NCBI GenBank assembly: GCA_964016885.1
Contig: OZ024741.1
Span: forward strand, 142,228,001 to 142,292,000
Direction of reading: 5' to 3'
DNA: 64,000 nucleotides
Source of the DNA: Eledone cirrhosa
Lineage: Eukaryota
The first letter of the stretch is position 1; every line of letters begins with the position of its first letter. This document shows, piece by piece, positions 1-13,276 of the stretch. Made by a program: the position numbers and the translations under genes. The notes under the pieces are model-generated. The model ran no database searches and was not told the DNA's origin. It saw only the letters and a program-made list of their open reading frames with translations.

Positions 1-1
1 G

Positions 2-2343
2 ACAACCTCTCTATCCCAACCATTTTTTACACACAGCACACAGATACAGGCAAACAAAATAACACAAGACAGGGAGGAGAAACCGATAGTAATAAAAATT
101 ATCAATCTTACTAGTGCAGAACCAATACCCAACCTTATCAACTTACTCTCCAAAGGTCTTAAATTCACACCGACCCCACTACGCCCTAACTACTATGAAA
201 TGAAGGAAGACATCACAGACTTCTGTAGAAAGTTACAACTCAGTGAACAACTATTCGACCAGTACAATGAGGATGAATCATTAGCCAGAAATAGAAGCAA
301 TTACACCCCATCAAAAGGTAGAAATAAAATCCTGGACGAATTCTGTGAACACATCACAAACTTCCCTTACCAACACTTGCACAGACAAAAACACAAGCCA
401 AACCTCAACAAGAAAGAATGGGAAGAATTAAATAGATTAAAAACCGACAGAACCATTACAATTAAAGAGGCTGATAAAGGGAGTACAGTAGTCCTAATGG
501 AGACAGAATTCTATATCAACTTAGCGCTCTCCACTTTGGAAAACGAAACATACTACGAAAAGGCTGAACACTAGAATCAACAGAAAATTATGAGAAACCT
601 AAAAACTCTGATCAACCAATACAAAGAAGGACTCACTAACAAGGAATTCAGCTTCATCACAGACTTCACAAGTAAATCCAGCCTTTTCTACGGTATCCCT
701 AAAGTACATAAAAGCGAATTAATAAGTAAGGCATTCAAGGAAGCCACAGACATAGTCATCAATGTCCTTTCACCCAATGATCTCAAATTAAGACCTATAA
801 TAGCAGGCCCCGCTTGCGAAACCCACCACCTTAGCAACTTGATACCCTTCTCAAGCCTTTTCTCAAACACATCAAAAGCTATGTAAGGGACGACCTAGAT
901 ATGCTCAATCACCTCTCTAATATGCCACTTTCTGAACAAACCCTACTAGTGACGTTCGATGTAGTCAACCTATACTCCAACATCCCCCACAACCTAGGAA
1001 TAGAAGCTATCCAATTCTGGCTGGATAATTACCACAATGAACTCCCACAACGCATCAAAAAAGAATTCGTGATAGAGGGACTCAAATTTATCTTGGAGAA
1101 CAATTACTTCGTTTTCAATAACAAACCCTACAGGCAGAAATCTGGGACCGCTATGGGAACGAAAACAGCCCCCACTTATGCCAACCTAGTCATGGGATAC
1201 CTGGAAATCACCCTCTACACTAAAGTCCTAAACAAATTTGGAAACACTGTCCACTTACACATAGAAAGGAACTGGAAGCGATATCTAGATGACTGCTTCA
1301 TCCTTTGGCACGAAAACATCGAGAAACTTAAAGAATTTCACACCCTTATAAATGGGCTCAACACGAATATTAACTTCACGTTGGAATGCAGCCATCAACA
1401 ACTCCCCTTCCTCGACATCCTCATTAAGATCCATAACAAAAAAATAGAAACAGACATATACTACAAGCCCACAGACTCCAAGCAATATCTTCCTTTCAAC
1501 TCTTGCCACCCTAGACACGTTAAAATTAATATTCCCTACAACTTAGCCAAAAGAATCTGTACTATAGTCTCCAATAAAAACACCTGCTACTTACGGCTAC
1601 AAGAACTAAAGGACACACTCATAGGCAGGGACTACCCTGCATCACTAATTGACAATGGAATCCAATGTGCCCTAAAACTCAGTACCCAGGACCTTAGACA
1701 CCCTAAAGTAAATCAACCGAAACTAAAAGCTCTTCCATACATCTCCACAGACAACCCCCTCAACAATGAGGCCTTTGACACCATCCTCCAGAACATCCCT
1801 GTGTTGAAAAAGCACCACAGAATGAACCAAATCCTACGAACACACGATATCACAAAGAGCAAAAGACAATCTAAGTCAATGAAAAACATCCTAACACATG
1901 CCAAAGTACTGCCAGCCACAACAACGAAACCCACAGTAAAAAAATGCGATAGACCCAACTGTGGCATTTGCATCAACCTAATAGAGGGTTCGGAATTCTA
2001 TTTCAAAGAAGGACAACGTTTTATAGTAAAACACAATTTCACATGCGCATCAGAAAATCTAATATATGTATTAACTTGCTCAGGTTGTCGAGAACAATAC
2101 ATAGGCCAGACCAAAAACAGCCTCCGCCAACGCATGACTGTCCATAGATCCCAAATTAAAATACGGGAATACAGGAAAATACCACTGAGTGAACACATTG
2201 ATACCTGTGCCGCCCCAAATCATCCCAACTTCAGAATCTTTCCCCTCTACAAATTTAAAGATAATGCCACCCACACCCAGCGCATCAGCAAGGAATCTTA
2301 CTTTATTAACAAATACGGACCCCGTCTAAACACTTCTCCCTAA
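2..2343 (+). mobile_element. Penelope-like retroelement ORF (RT + Cys linker + GIY-YIG endonuclease), probably Neptune clade, disrupted
   Basis: Frame open from window start: LLSKGLKFTPTP, IKEADKG, YGIPKVHK, RPII, FDVVNLY, GTAMG, RYLDD, FLDI, SCHP; CDRPNCGIC linker; LIY..C..C..YIGQT. In-frame TAG at 572-574 and a frameshift near 840-890. Confidence 0.93.
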
Positions 2344-2554
2344 GACGAACCCACAACATACACACGTCAACATAATACCTACATCAGCATACATCTCTAC
2401 CCACATATAAACACAATGACATACGTAAACACACATGTTCTATGGTGCAACACAAATATACACAAATTTGCATACCTTTTGATATCTATAGATATAAACG
2501 TGCCGACACACACACATACATAAACGCACACATGCATTGCACACTGATGGGCAC

Positions 2555-2830
2555 ATACATATTTGTGCACAGGTATTCCAATACGGCAAGGCCTAATGAA
2601 TTCCCCTTGCAGTACGTACAATCTGGACACACTCCAGATACATATTTGTGCACAGGTATACAATTTCTGGACACACTCCAGATACATGTGTACAATTTGT
2701 GCACAGGTATACAATTTGTGCACAGGTATACAATTTCAGGACACACTCCAGATACATATTTGTGCACAGGTATTCCAATACGGCAAGGCCTAATGGATTC
2801 CCCTTGCAGTACGTACAATCTGGACACACT
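2555..2830 (+). repeat. Local direct duplications built from TTTGTGCACAGGTAT units
   Basis: CATATTTGTGCACAGGTATTCCAATACGGCAAGGCCTAATG near 2558 and 2755, with shorter copies between. Confidence 0.8.
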
Positions 2831-3059
2831 CTCACACACACCTTGGTATTATGCCAATACTATATATCATTTCACACCTTTTATTATTAAGGTTTTTGAT
2901 GTTCTATTGAGAGAATCGATTTTACTGAAAATATCGAATAATGTACACCATTTTACCAGGAAAAAAATACTGGTCCCCCCCCCCCCCCCACACACATTCT
3001 CTCTCACACACACACATATATACACACACACATACACACGCGTACATTAACATAGAAAG

Positions 3060-3202
3060 AGACATACACACACAAACACACACACACACACACTTCTCCG
3101 TATAAGACAAGAGCTGAAAAATATCTTTTAACATGTTAAAATATCCCCCACACACTTACAGACACATTGCTACTGACCATCCCTCTACCACGAATTACTC
3201 TG

Positions 3203-3277
<75 letters not shown>

Positions 3278-3359
3278 TCTTAATAGGCATTTGAACTGTC
3301 AACAGGCTGCGGTTCGCACACACATCCCTGCTGACCATTATCACAACAACGAACCTCTT

Positions 3360-3428
<69 letters not shown>

Positions 3429-3863
3429 ACACACATATTTGTTATGAAAGACTTATTTCTCAGTCAGCCGACACAAACCTACATTTGGCGCAAAATCAAT
3501 TTTTTACATTCACATGACCTCTACCAACCAATCAAAATTGTTTTGACCACAAGAATTTTTGCAACACGAATTGGCGCAAAACTTATTTTAATAACGCTGG
3601 AGCCACTTTTTTAACATTAAAACAGGTAGAACTCCCAAAACTAATCAGATCAGAGCAAACATCACGGACGCTCTATCTCAAAATTGTTTTTGAAAAGCAT
3701 TAGAAATGCGCAACCGGTAAAACTAAAAACCAAAACTGAATACTAACCAATACTATTACTAATTCTCACTTATTCCTTCTATTTTTCACTGTGAACAATT
3801 TGTCAGCATTTTCTATTCCGTTTACCAATATATTATAACTTGTGTGTTACACCTCTATTCTTT

Positions 3864-3870
<7 letters not shown>
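3060..3870 (+). mobile_element. PLE pseudo-LTR-like repeat with (CA)n, (TAC)n and a hammerhead-like motif
   Basis: Lies downstream of the PLE ORF and ends at (TA)n; segments recur at about 32710-32910 (-), 43690-43930 (+) and 61740-62660 (inverted pair). Confidence 0.65.
3686..3723 (+). ncRNA. Hammerhead-like motif, U3-A8 core, GCAA in place of GAAA
   Basis: GTTT-TTGAAAA-GCATT..AATGC-GCAA-CCGG-TA-AAAC; same motif at about 32833-32869 (-), 43730-43766 (+), 61741-61776 (-), 62499-62535 (+). Confidence 0.55.
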
Positions 3871-3894
<24 letters not shown>

Positions 3895-4156
3895 CTTGAA
3901 AGGGGTATATATATATAATTACACTCCGTGTAGTTAATTAACTGTCTAGTCAATTTCTACGGGCTAAAAGAAATAATTAAATAAATGTCATATGACTGTG
4001 CATCGCGGAAGATAGTCTGTATCATTTGTCTATTATTCCTTCATAATTACATTTTAAACTTATAGCCTCGTTTAAATGATTTTTTATGTGGTTGATATAT
4101 ACGGAATGGGAGAAGAAATATTGTATATAACTTATCTAATAGTTCTTCAGAATTGC

Positions 4157-4246
<90 letters not shown>

Positions 4247-4249
<3 letters not shown>

Positions 4250-4670
4250 CTTGATCACCTTAACCGACCAGTCTGTCGGGCGTCCATTTGGCACCGCTGG
4301 TCACAGCACGCCGTCCATTCCTCTCTGGATCGTGCTTTCCTCATCCATGTAGTCCCAATCGTATTCTTAAAATCGTAACTCCACCCTCATGGAGGCCTTC
4401 CGAGTGGTCGTTTCCGCTCGCGCGGGTACCACTCGGCAACTGCGCGGGTCCACCGGGTGACGTGTCCAGCACATCTTCAATAGCACAGTTTTAGCTGCAA
4501 TGTTATATTGCAGTGAAACTTGGGCTACAACGAAGAGAGAAGAGCGGAGGCTGGTGACGGCTCAAAGAGCCATGGAGAGATCAATGCTAGGATTCTCGTT
4601 GAGAGAGCACATCAGGAGCGAAGTCATCAGACAGAAGTCCGGCGTGAGGGACGTATCACGGAATATATGC
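4247..4670. mobile_element. 5'-inverted RTE-clade LINE 3' fragment between (TA)n tracts
   Basis: Plus 4500-4670: LYCSETWATTKREERRLVTAQRAMERSMLG; minus about 4460-4247: EWYPRERKRPLGRP followed by the 3' tail. Confidence 0.8.
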
Positions 4671-4785
4671 GCAGCGAGTTCATATATATATATATATATA
4701 TATGAATTATCCGGGAACTTCCAACAGAAATGGTCGCATTTTTTAAGGGCATGTCAATATTTATTTATAAAACTGATGTATATTA

Positions 4786-4850
4786 TATTTTATCTGACGA
4801 AAGCGCACCATAATTTGACTTGGTGTCCTTGAAATATGTATAATGAAATA
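4786..4850 (+). ncRNA. Type I hammerhead ribozyme, canonical core
   Basis: TATTTTAT-CTGACGA-AAGCGCACCA..TGGTGTCCTT-GAAA-TATGTA-TA-ATGAAATA; 8-bp stem I; predicted cleavage after A4842. Confidence 0.85.
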
Positions 4851-4979
4851 AATATGGTTTTATAAATATAGTTTCCATTTGTTAATATATCGTATTTTTA
4901 CTCCAATAATTTGTTGAGTGCTTTATATCAGATATAAAAATATTTGCTTGTTGTATCCCAACAATTTAAATATAACTTC

Positions 4980-5084
<105 letters not shown>

Positions 5085-5442
5085 GAATATACATACATAT
5101 ATATATATATGAATAACTATGTGTATACTCTGGGAATGTATCTTACATTGCCTATTGAGTACGCTGAGATACAACCGGTCCTGGCATTGATAAATATGCT
5201 GGGTCCGTCAACTCCTTATTATATATATATATATAAGTATGTATACGTACATACATATATGTATACAGACGTACAGTAGTATGTATATATATATACATAC
5301 ATGCACACATATATATATATGTACGTATGGATTCACCGATATACTGTACGTCTGTTTACATATATGTATGTACGTATACATACTTATCTTTAAGTAACAG
5401 CCGTACTAAGAGTGAGAAATGAAATTTCGTTTCATTTTTTCC

Positions 5443-5501
<59 letters not shown>

Positions 5502-6247
5502 TTATGTTTTGGAAGCCGTCATAATGCCCCCAAGAATACCAATTTTCATATTCCACAAAGCATCAAGCAATATTATCAACCAGTCACGATTCCAATGACG
5601 GAAACCATGTATATTCACGTTTTCAGGAAGGGATCTGACGCGACTGCATCGCGGTTGAGTTCATCTCATGAATGATAGAACGTGTAACAAAACTAACGGA
5701 TTTTCCCGTTGAGTAGGAGTTGTTTGAGGGAATCAATCTGATAGCGACGAATAATTTCATAGTTTGGCACAAAATCCATTTATAGTTGTCTCCCACTTAA
5801 ATAGTATTTTACTATGATAACCAACAGAAAGACTATGTTAACTAGGAATATAACATGGGATATTTTTGCAATAACATCACTGCTTGACGTGATGTTGCTC
5901 CATATTTGACATTGAGAGTAATATAGAAATTGCATAATGTGACAACTGCAGCCTGTTGGCATCCATCACCCCACACTAGTAAATCGAGCAGGTTGGTTTT
6001 TGATTTACTAAGAGGGCGTGTTTGAATTTCCTATAGGGCTGGTCCGAGGTATATATGGTAGATAGGGTTGGTTTGAAGATTATTTTTTGCGTTTGCTTGA
6101 TATCCAGAATTCCGTTTAGATTTGTTTATGTTTCAGTTAAGGAACATGTCGGTCGTAGTCGTATATAGGGGGCGAATTAGCTGAGTTGTTAGAACGTAGA
6201 AAAAGACACAAGAACAAGGTATATGAAGAGAATATCAATGGTTAGAT

Positions 6248-6400
6248 GGCGGCGAATTGGCAGAATCGCTAGAACGTCGGATAGAATGTTTTATGGTATT
6301 CGTTCCAGCTCTCTTTTCTTGGAGTTCAAATCCCGCCGATGTCAACTTTGCCTTTCATCCTTTCGAGGTCGATAAAAAAGTACCAGTATAATACTGAGTT
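6248..6400 (+). mobile_element. tRNA-derived octopus SINE (OK-like family)
   Basis: GGCGGCGAATTGGCAGAATCG..GAGTTCAAATCCCGCCG..CTTTGCCTTTCATCC; related copies at about 16197, 17325 (-), 28934, 29722 (-), 39333, 39527, 42569 (-), 52880, 56378 (-). Confidence 0.75.
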
Positions 6401-6610
6401 CGATTCTTCCTCTATATCTCTTTCTCACTTTCTATTTTTTTCTGGAAGAAGTCTGCTGTACTCAGGCCTGGAGAGGGATAGGCTCCGCCAGGCTTAAAAT
6501 GCCCAAGAAAAGCCGTATGTCAGTACGATGCCCCTACGACTTTATCAGGAGTTACGGGGCCATACATACGTCAATGGTTAGACGGATCTCACTATTCATA
6601 AACTTGTGAA

Positions 6611-6892
6611 GGTACGTGACTTAGTGGTTAAGATGTTCGACTCACAATCGTAATATCGTGAGTGTGATTCTCGGTGTCGCGCTGTGGTTTTGAGCAAAAC
6701 ACATTATTACACGTTGCTAGAAAAAATGAATTGTGCCTGTAATTTATAGGCCCAACCTTGTTACACACTGTGAAACGCTGACTCTCCATAAGGACCACGT
6801 TATTCTCAGCCACTTGCACGTTAATTTTACGAGCAGGCTGTCCCATTGTTCGAATAACTGGAACACTCGTTGTCGGAATTGACGAAGGTCTA
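6611..6892 (+). mobile_element. tRNA-headed SINE with CORE-like domain
   Basis: A-box-like TGACTTAGTGGTTA, TTGAGCAAAACAC, CTCAGCCACTTGCACGTTAATTT; homologous to 14576-14895. Confidence 0.7.
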
Positions 6893-7577
6893 ACACACAC
6901 ACACATATACACACACATACATACATACACACACACAGACACACACATATACGCAGACAGACATACACGGAGACAGACATACAAACAGGCAGACATTCAC
7001 ACAGGCAGCTATACGCACGCAGACAGACACACAAACAAACATACATACAGACACACATATACATATGCACACATAGATAGATAGACAGAGACAGACACAC
7101 AGAGACAGACACACAGGCAGACAGACACGTATTAACCAGTTTTGACATTAATGTAATGATTAACACATTGATGGTTTTATAACTTTTATTAGTGAAAACG
7201 TCAAAGCTGAAAAATTTTTCTACTATTAATTGCCACCCCCTCCACCACGTCACTCATTTGGCTTTCAGCAAGTTGGAAAAGTTTAAAACAATGAAATTGT
7301 AAACTTAGTCACAAAGATAATGTTTAAAATTCTCCACTTAAGTTAGTTATGTGACAGAAGATAAGAGGTGTGAAGATTTTAATTTGAATGCAAGAAATAT
7401 AATTCCGAAAAGTTGTTAACAGCACGATTCACTAATGTCTGATTTAATAAATGTTAGTCATTCAGCGGGAATGGAAACCGCAGGACGGTAGAACGGCTGG
7501 ATGAAAGTAAAGACTAACTAACGCAGAGGACGGTAACAGGTACCGTAGAGTAAAATTAAGGATCATGGAAGCAAAAA

Positions 7578-7860
7578 GGAAAGGGACATCAGATCGGACC
7601 AAGGAAGAAATATTCCCATTGGTCTTTTCATTGCTGATACTATCTGCTGGTATACCGTGAATATATATATATCTTTAAAGGAAAGGGACCAATAATCATA
7701 TTAGATCAAGGAAAGAATGTTTCTATTGGTCTTTCCATAGCTGATACTATCTGTCGTCTAAAATGCTTTGAATAAATATATATCTTTAAAGGAAAGGAGT
7801 TGATAGTTATATCGGATCAAGGAAATAATGTTTCCACTGGTCTTTCTTTTGCTGACGCAA
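7578..7860 (+). repeat. Three diverged tandem units of about 105 bp
   Basis: GATCAAGGAAA..TGTTTC..TTGGTCTTT..GCTGA repeated near 7580, 7681 and 7791. Confidence 0.65.
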
Positions 7861-8632
7861 CTCATAGCAGAATAAAATGTTATATTTAATTTAATTATAC
7901 AAATTTGTATAAAATTCCGATTCGTTATGGTTCAGTAATACGCTTCTGTGAGGTTTGCGCCTTAGGCGGTTGCCCAGTTGTCTTTAATGGTAGCACCGAC
8001 CCAGTCCTCTCGACAAACGAACATATCGACATTCTATTATCACATAGGATTTAAATATATTCTCAACCACATTTCAAGTGGCTACTAAGTTGACTTTTGA
8101 AATAGTTTTCAGTGGTTTCAGAAATAACCTCACTGTTGGTTTCTAAACAGCGTCCTTAATAGATTCTCAATATACAGCACTTCACTCCTATTGACTTGTT
8201 ATCACCAACACAGAATATATATCTTCGATCAATGGACGTTTGCAGTGAACAAACTAAACAGACAGTGATTATGCGACTGAAGTGCCGTGATTTCAAAGAT
8301 TCATTTCAACTTTGAGAGAAATACAAAACATTTACTAAATTGAAATATCTAGAAACGTACCTCGTTAATACAGAAGGCCATTGTTGCTATTGTGTTAAAT
8401 ATTTAGCTCATAACCTATACTTAATTCACAGAATTACAGACATATACAGACCACACTGACACATGTACAGGGCATATATATATATATATATATATATGTA
8501 TGCAAAAGTTTTATTTAAAATTGTTGGGTTACAACAAGTAAATATTTTATAACCGATATAAAGCACTCGACAAGTTTTTGGAGTAGATATACGATATTAA
8601 ACAAATGGAAACTATATTTATAAAACCATATT

Positions 8633-8698
8633 TATTTCATTATACATATTTCAGGGATACCATATTAAAAATATGGCATGCCTTCGTCAGATAAAATA
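8633..8698 (-). ncRNA. Type I hammerhead ribozyme
   Basis: Reverse complement of 8812-8877. Confidence 0.85.
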
Positions 8699-8811
8699 CA
8701 ATATATAAACAGTTTTATAAATAATTTTGACGTACCAAGCCAGCTTCCTACCTTAATGGTCGCTTATATTTATGGTACGTCAAAATTATTTATAAAACTG
8801 TTTATATATTG

Positions 8812-8877
8812 TATTTTATCTGACGAAGGCATGCCATATTTTTAATATGGTATCCCTGAAATATGTATAATGAAATA
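8812..8877 (+). ncRNA. Type I hammerhead ribozyme
   Basis: TATTTTAT-CTGACGA-AGGCATGCCATATT..AATATGGTATCCCT-GAAA-TATGTA-TA-ATGAAATA; stem II covaries relative to the 4786 copy. Confidence 0.85.
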
Positions 8878-8917
8878 AATATGGTTTTATAAATATAGTT
8901 TCCATTTGTTTAATATC

Positions 8918-9105
<188 letters not shown>

Positions 9106-9167
9106 GGAATAGAATGAAACCAAATTTCATTTCTCACTCTTAGTACGGCAGTTACTTAAATGTAAGT

Positions 9168-9556
9168 ATGCATGTATGTATACGTACATACATATATGTA
9201 TACAGACGTACAGTAGTATGTATATATATACACACATGCATACATATATATATATATATATGCACGTATCGGTTTACCGAACATTTATTATAATGCTCGG
9301 TTTGTTTGTAAACAAACAAACAGCCCGAATTACGCCGTACAGTGTTTAGGCAATCACGTCACCTTTTTGTTCAACACTGACACAGGAACGTTCGTGTGTC
9401 ATTCGGGCTGTTTGTTTACAAACAAACAAACCGAGCATTATAATAAATGTTCGGTAAACCGATACGTGCATATATATATATGTGTGCATGTATGTATATA
9501 TATACATACTACTGTACATCTGTATACATATATGTATGTACGTGTACATACATGCA
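9168..9556. repeat. Fold-back palindromic repeat embedded in (TA)n
   Basis: GCACGTATCGGTTTACCGAACATTTATTATAATGCTCGG near 9262 is mirrored near 9430-9470; family also at about 5225-5440 and 26643-26900. Confidence 0.8.
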
Positions 9557-9806
9557 TATATATATACATATATATACATATATATACATATATATACACA
9601 CATATATATATATATATATACATATGAGGATGAGCCCACAGCAAGACACGAGGGAAACCTAAGGGCAGCAGCAACAAACTCCCTCTTACACCAGTGGCCA
9701 ACCTATACAGGCTGGAGATAAAATGTGTAGCAACAAGGGCGGTGCCCCAGCATGGCCTCAGCCGGATGGCTAAAACAGGTAAAAGAGTAAAAGAGTATAC
9801 ACACAC

Positions 9807-9879
<73 letters not shown>

Positions 9880-10005
9880 AAAGTTCTATTTAAATTGTTG
9901 GGATACAACAAGCAAATATTTTATAACTGATATAAAGCACTCAACAAGTATTTGGAGTAAACATACGATATTAACAAATGGAAACTATATTTATAAAACC
10001 ATATT

Positions 10006-10070
10006 TATTTTATTATACATATTTCAAGGACACCAAGTCAAATTATGGTGCGCTTTCATCAGATAAAATA
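10006..10070 (-). ncRNA. Type I hammerhead ribozyme, CUGAUGA core
   Basis: Reverse complement reads TATTTTAT-CTGATGA-AAGCGCACCA..TGGTGTCCTT-GAAA-TATGTA-TA-ATAAAATA; directly downstream of a PLE RT fragment. Confidence 0.87.
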
Positions 10071-10121
10071 TAATATACATCAGTTTTATAAATAAATATT
10101 GACATACCCTTACAGGGAACT

Positions 10122-10790
10122 TTAATGGTGGCCGCTGCCACCATTAAAGTTCCCTGTATAGGTGCTGTTACTGCTAAAATTCTGGCGAATCTGGCTATAT
10201 GCTAAGGTATTTCTAGTTCTAGTGTTAAGTTTATTATGGTGAGTTGCTGTGTTATGGCATTTTGGTATGTAATAAATTGATTGTTTATAACCAGATTCAG
10301 AGAGAGCCTTATTATAATATTGTGCGTGGTTTATAAATATCTCTTCATTTGCTGATAGCATTGAGATCCTATAGGAGATAGATTTGATTACTGCTCTGAT
10401 GACTGTCGGTGGATGGTTAGAGTGTGGGATAATATATGTGAGTATTTCGCCTGGTTTATGGTAAGGGTTATAAAGCTTATTGTTGAGATCAAGGGTGACG
10501 TCTAGGAAGTTTACTACTTTATGGTTCAGCTCGATGGTGATAGAGGGACCGTTATTTTTGAAGAATCTATGAAATTGTTTCTTTAGCAAATCGATTCCCC
10601 GATTAGTGCAATTGTGGACCGCAAATATGGCGTCGTTCCTGTATATTCCGCCTTGCATGGGTTGGATTTCGGCTCTGATGTTACGTAATAGGTAAATCCT
10701 AACTAAATCGGTGATTTGCGCGGAGTCACTTAGAGCCCATCGTAATGTCAAAGTTGTCTGTTCTATCTTTTCTAGTCCACAATGCAGCCT
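10122..10790 (-). mobile_element. Second Penelope-like RT fragment, different lineage, degenerate
   Basis: SAQITDLV, GIYRND (YRDD mutated), VNFLDVTLDL, YHKP, HSNHPP. Confidence 0.85.
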
Positions 10791-11336
10791 CGACAGATGA
10801 ATACTGCTTGATTATGGCTGACAGCTGATGCAACCAAGACACCATAGTAAAAACCAATATGTGGAACATTATATTATGTAACATTACTTTAATTTATATT
10901 CCTTTGAGTTCCGATGATCCACTGTGTTTTTTTTAAATATGTTAATTATTTTCAACTGAACCAGATCAATTATGATATATAGTCATCTGATCCAGAAATA
11001 TTATATGGAGTAGCGAACCAATTGTAAACGGACATTATTATTATTAATATTATTATTATTATTCTCTACATTCCTTACATCAAACTAAAATATGTTGACA
11101 ATCTTTTAATAATGTCTTCCTTGTGAAGTTTGTGGTCTTGTTTTGCTTAACTAATGAATATTTCCAGCTCTGCGCACCTAACTTCTGCATGAACCCAGCC
11201 ACCTAGCTGCTTTCTACTGCATATTGCACATTGAGCACATGCCTTTACGCTTTGGCTTCTAACTAACTTACCAATCTCTCCTCTCATATCTCCTCTACTA
11301 TCTCCATCTCTCTCTTTAAGATTGATTACTCTTGAA

Positions 11337-11531
<195 letters not shown>

Positions 11532-11808
11532 GGCGCGTGGCTGAGTGGTTAGAGAATTGGATTCTCCGGGCGATGCGTTATGTCCTTGAGCAAGACACTT
11601 TATTTCGCGTTTCTCCTTCTACCCGGATTTGCGACCGATAGATAGTATTAGCAATTGGAAAGACCAATGGAAACATTGTTTCCTCGGTCCATCCCACTCG
11701 TTAATTGAATGAGGTCTGGGATCTTGTTGATCGATTATATATATATATATAAATGCGTCGAAACATCAGCGACCCACAGCCGAAGAGCGGCAATTGTACT
11801 TATGTTTG

Positions 11809-11886
<78 letters not shown>

Positions 11887-11900
11887 GCTCTCTCTCTCTC

Positions 11901-11987
<87 letters not shown>

Positions 11988-12054
11988 TAAGGTGAAACAT
12001 TTGTTCTCGGTATGGTGAACTAACTGTTGTGTTACCACTTATATATCTATGTAT

Positions 12055-12276
12055 ATCACCTTGACCGACCAGTCTGTCGGGCGCCAATCGGCGCCGCTGG
12101 TCACAGCATGTCGTGCTGTTTTAGCCATAAGATAACGCCATCCCACTAGCTGGGCAGGCAGGCTGCTATTCATTTCTACAGCTGAGTAAACTGGAGCAAC
12201 GTGAAATAAAGTGTCTTGCTCAAGGAAACAACACATCACCCGGTCCGATTGCAAGCCCAATGCTCTAACCACTAAG
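12055..12276 (-). mobile_element. SINE with CORE-like domain and RTE-type 3' tail
   Basis: Reverse complement: CTTAGTGGTTAGAGC..TCCTTGAGCAAGACACTT; tail at 12055-12110 matches RTE 3' end at 4256-4312. Confidence 0.75.
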
Positions 12277-12405
12277 AATTAAGATTTAGCTTCAACCTTT
12301 CGATTGCAAGCCCAATGCTCTAACCACTAAGAATTAGGATTTAGCTTCAACCTTTCGATTGCAAGCCCAATGCTCTAACCACTAAGAATTAGGATTTAGC
12401 TTCAA
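12246..12405 (+). repeat. Three tandem 55-bp copies of the SINE 5' end plus flank
   Basis: CGATTGCAAGCCCAATGCTCTAACCACTAAGAATT at 12246, 12301, 12356. Confidence 0.85.
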
Positions 12406-12421
12406 TCTGAATACAGATATG

Positions 12422-12950
<529 letters not shown>

Positions 12951-13235
12951 CTTAATAACACAATCAACAAGTGGCGAGAGAGCTCTATAATCTTCCAATC
13001 AGCCATATGAAAACACGGGATCATGAATACTGAACAGGTTAGGGGATGTAATATCTTATTTAAATTGATCTGTTTAAGTAGGAAATTAAACGGTAGCCAA
13101 TATAATGTCATTTACTATCGTTATATATAAATACTCCGGATTTTGGTTTAATATACTTAATTACTTCTTTGAGTAGATAATTTATTAATATATCCTGTCC
13201 TTTCATTGAAATGTCTAAGTATTAGAGAAACTTTC

Positions 13236-13275
<40 letters not shown>

Positions 13276-13276
<1 letters not shown>

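Noticed and set aside
572-574. In-frame stop as a selenocysteine or recoding site
   Set aside because: It is TAG, not TGA, and a frameshift follows; ordinary decay
6248-6400. SINE heads as genuine tRNA genes
   Set aside because: A and B boxes only, no cloverleaf, followed by SINE body
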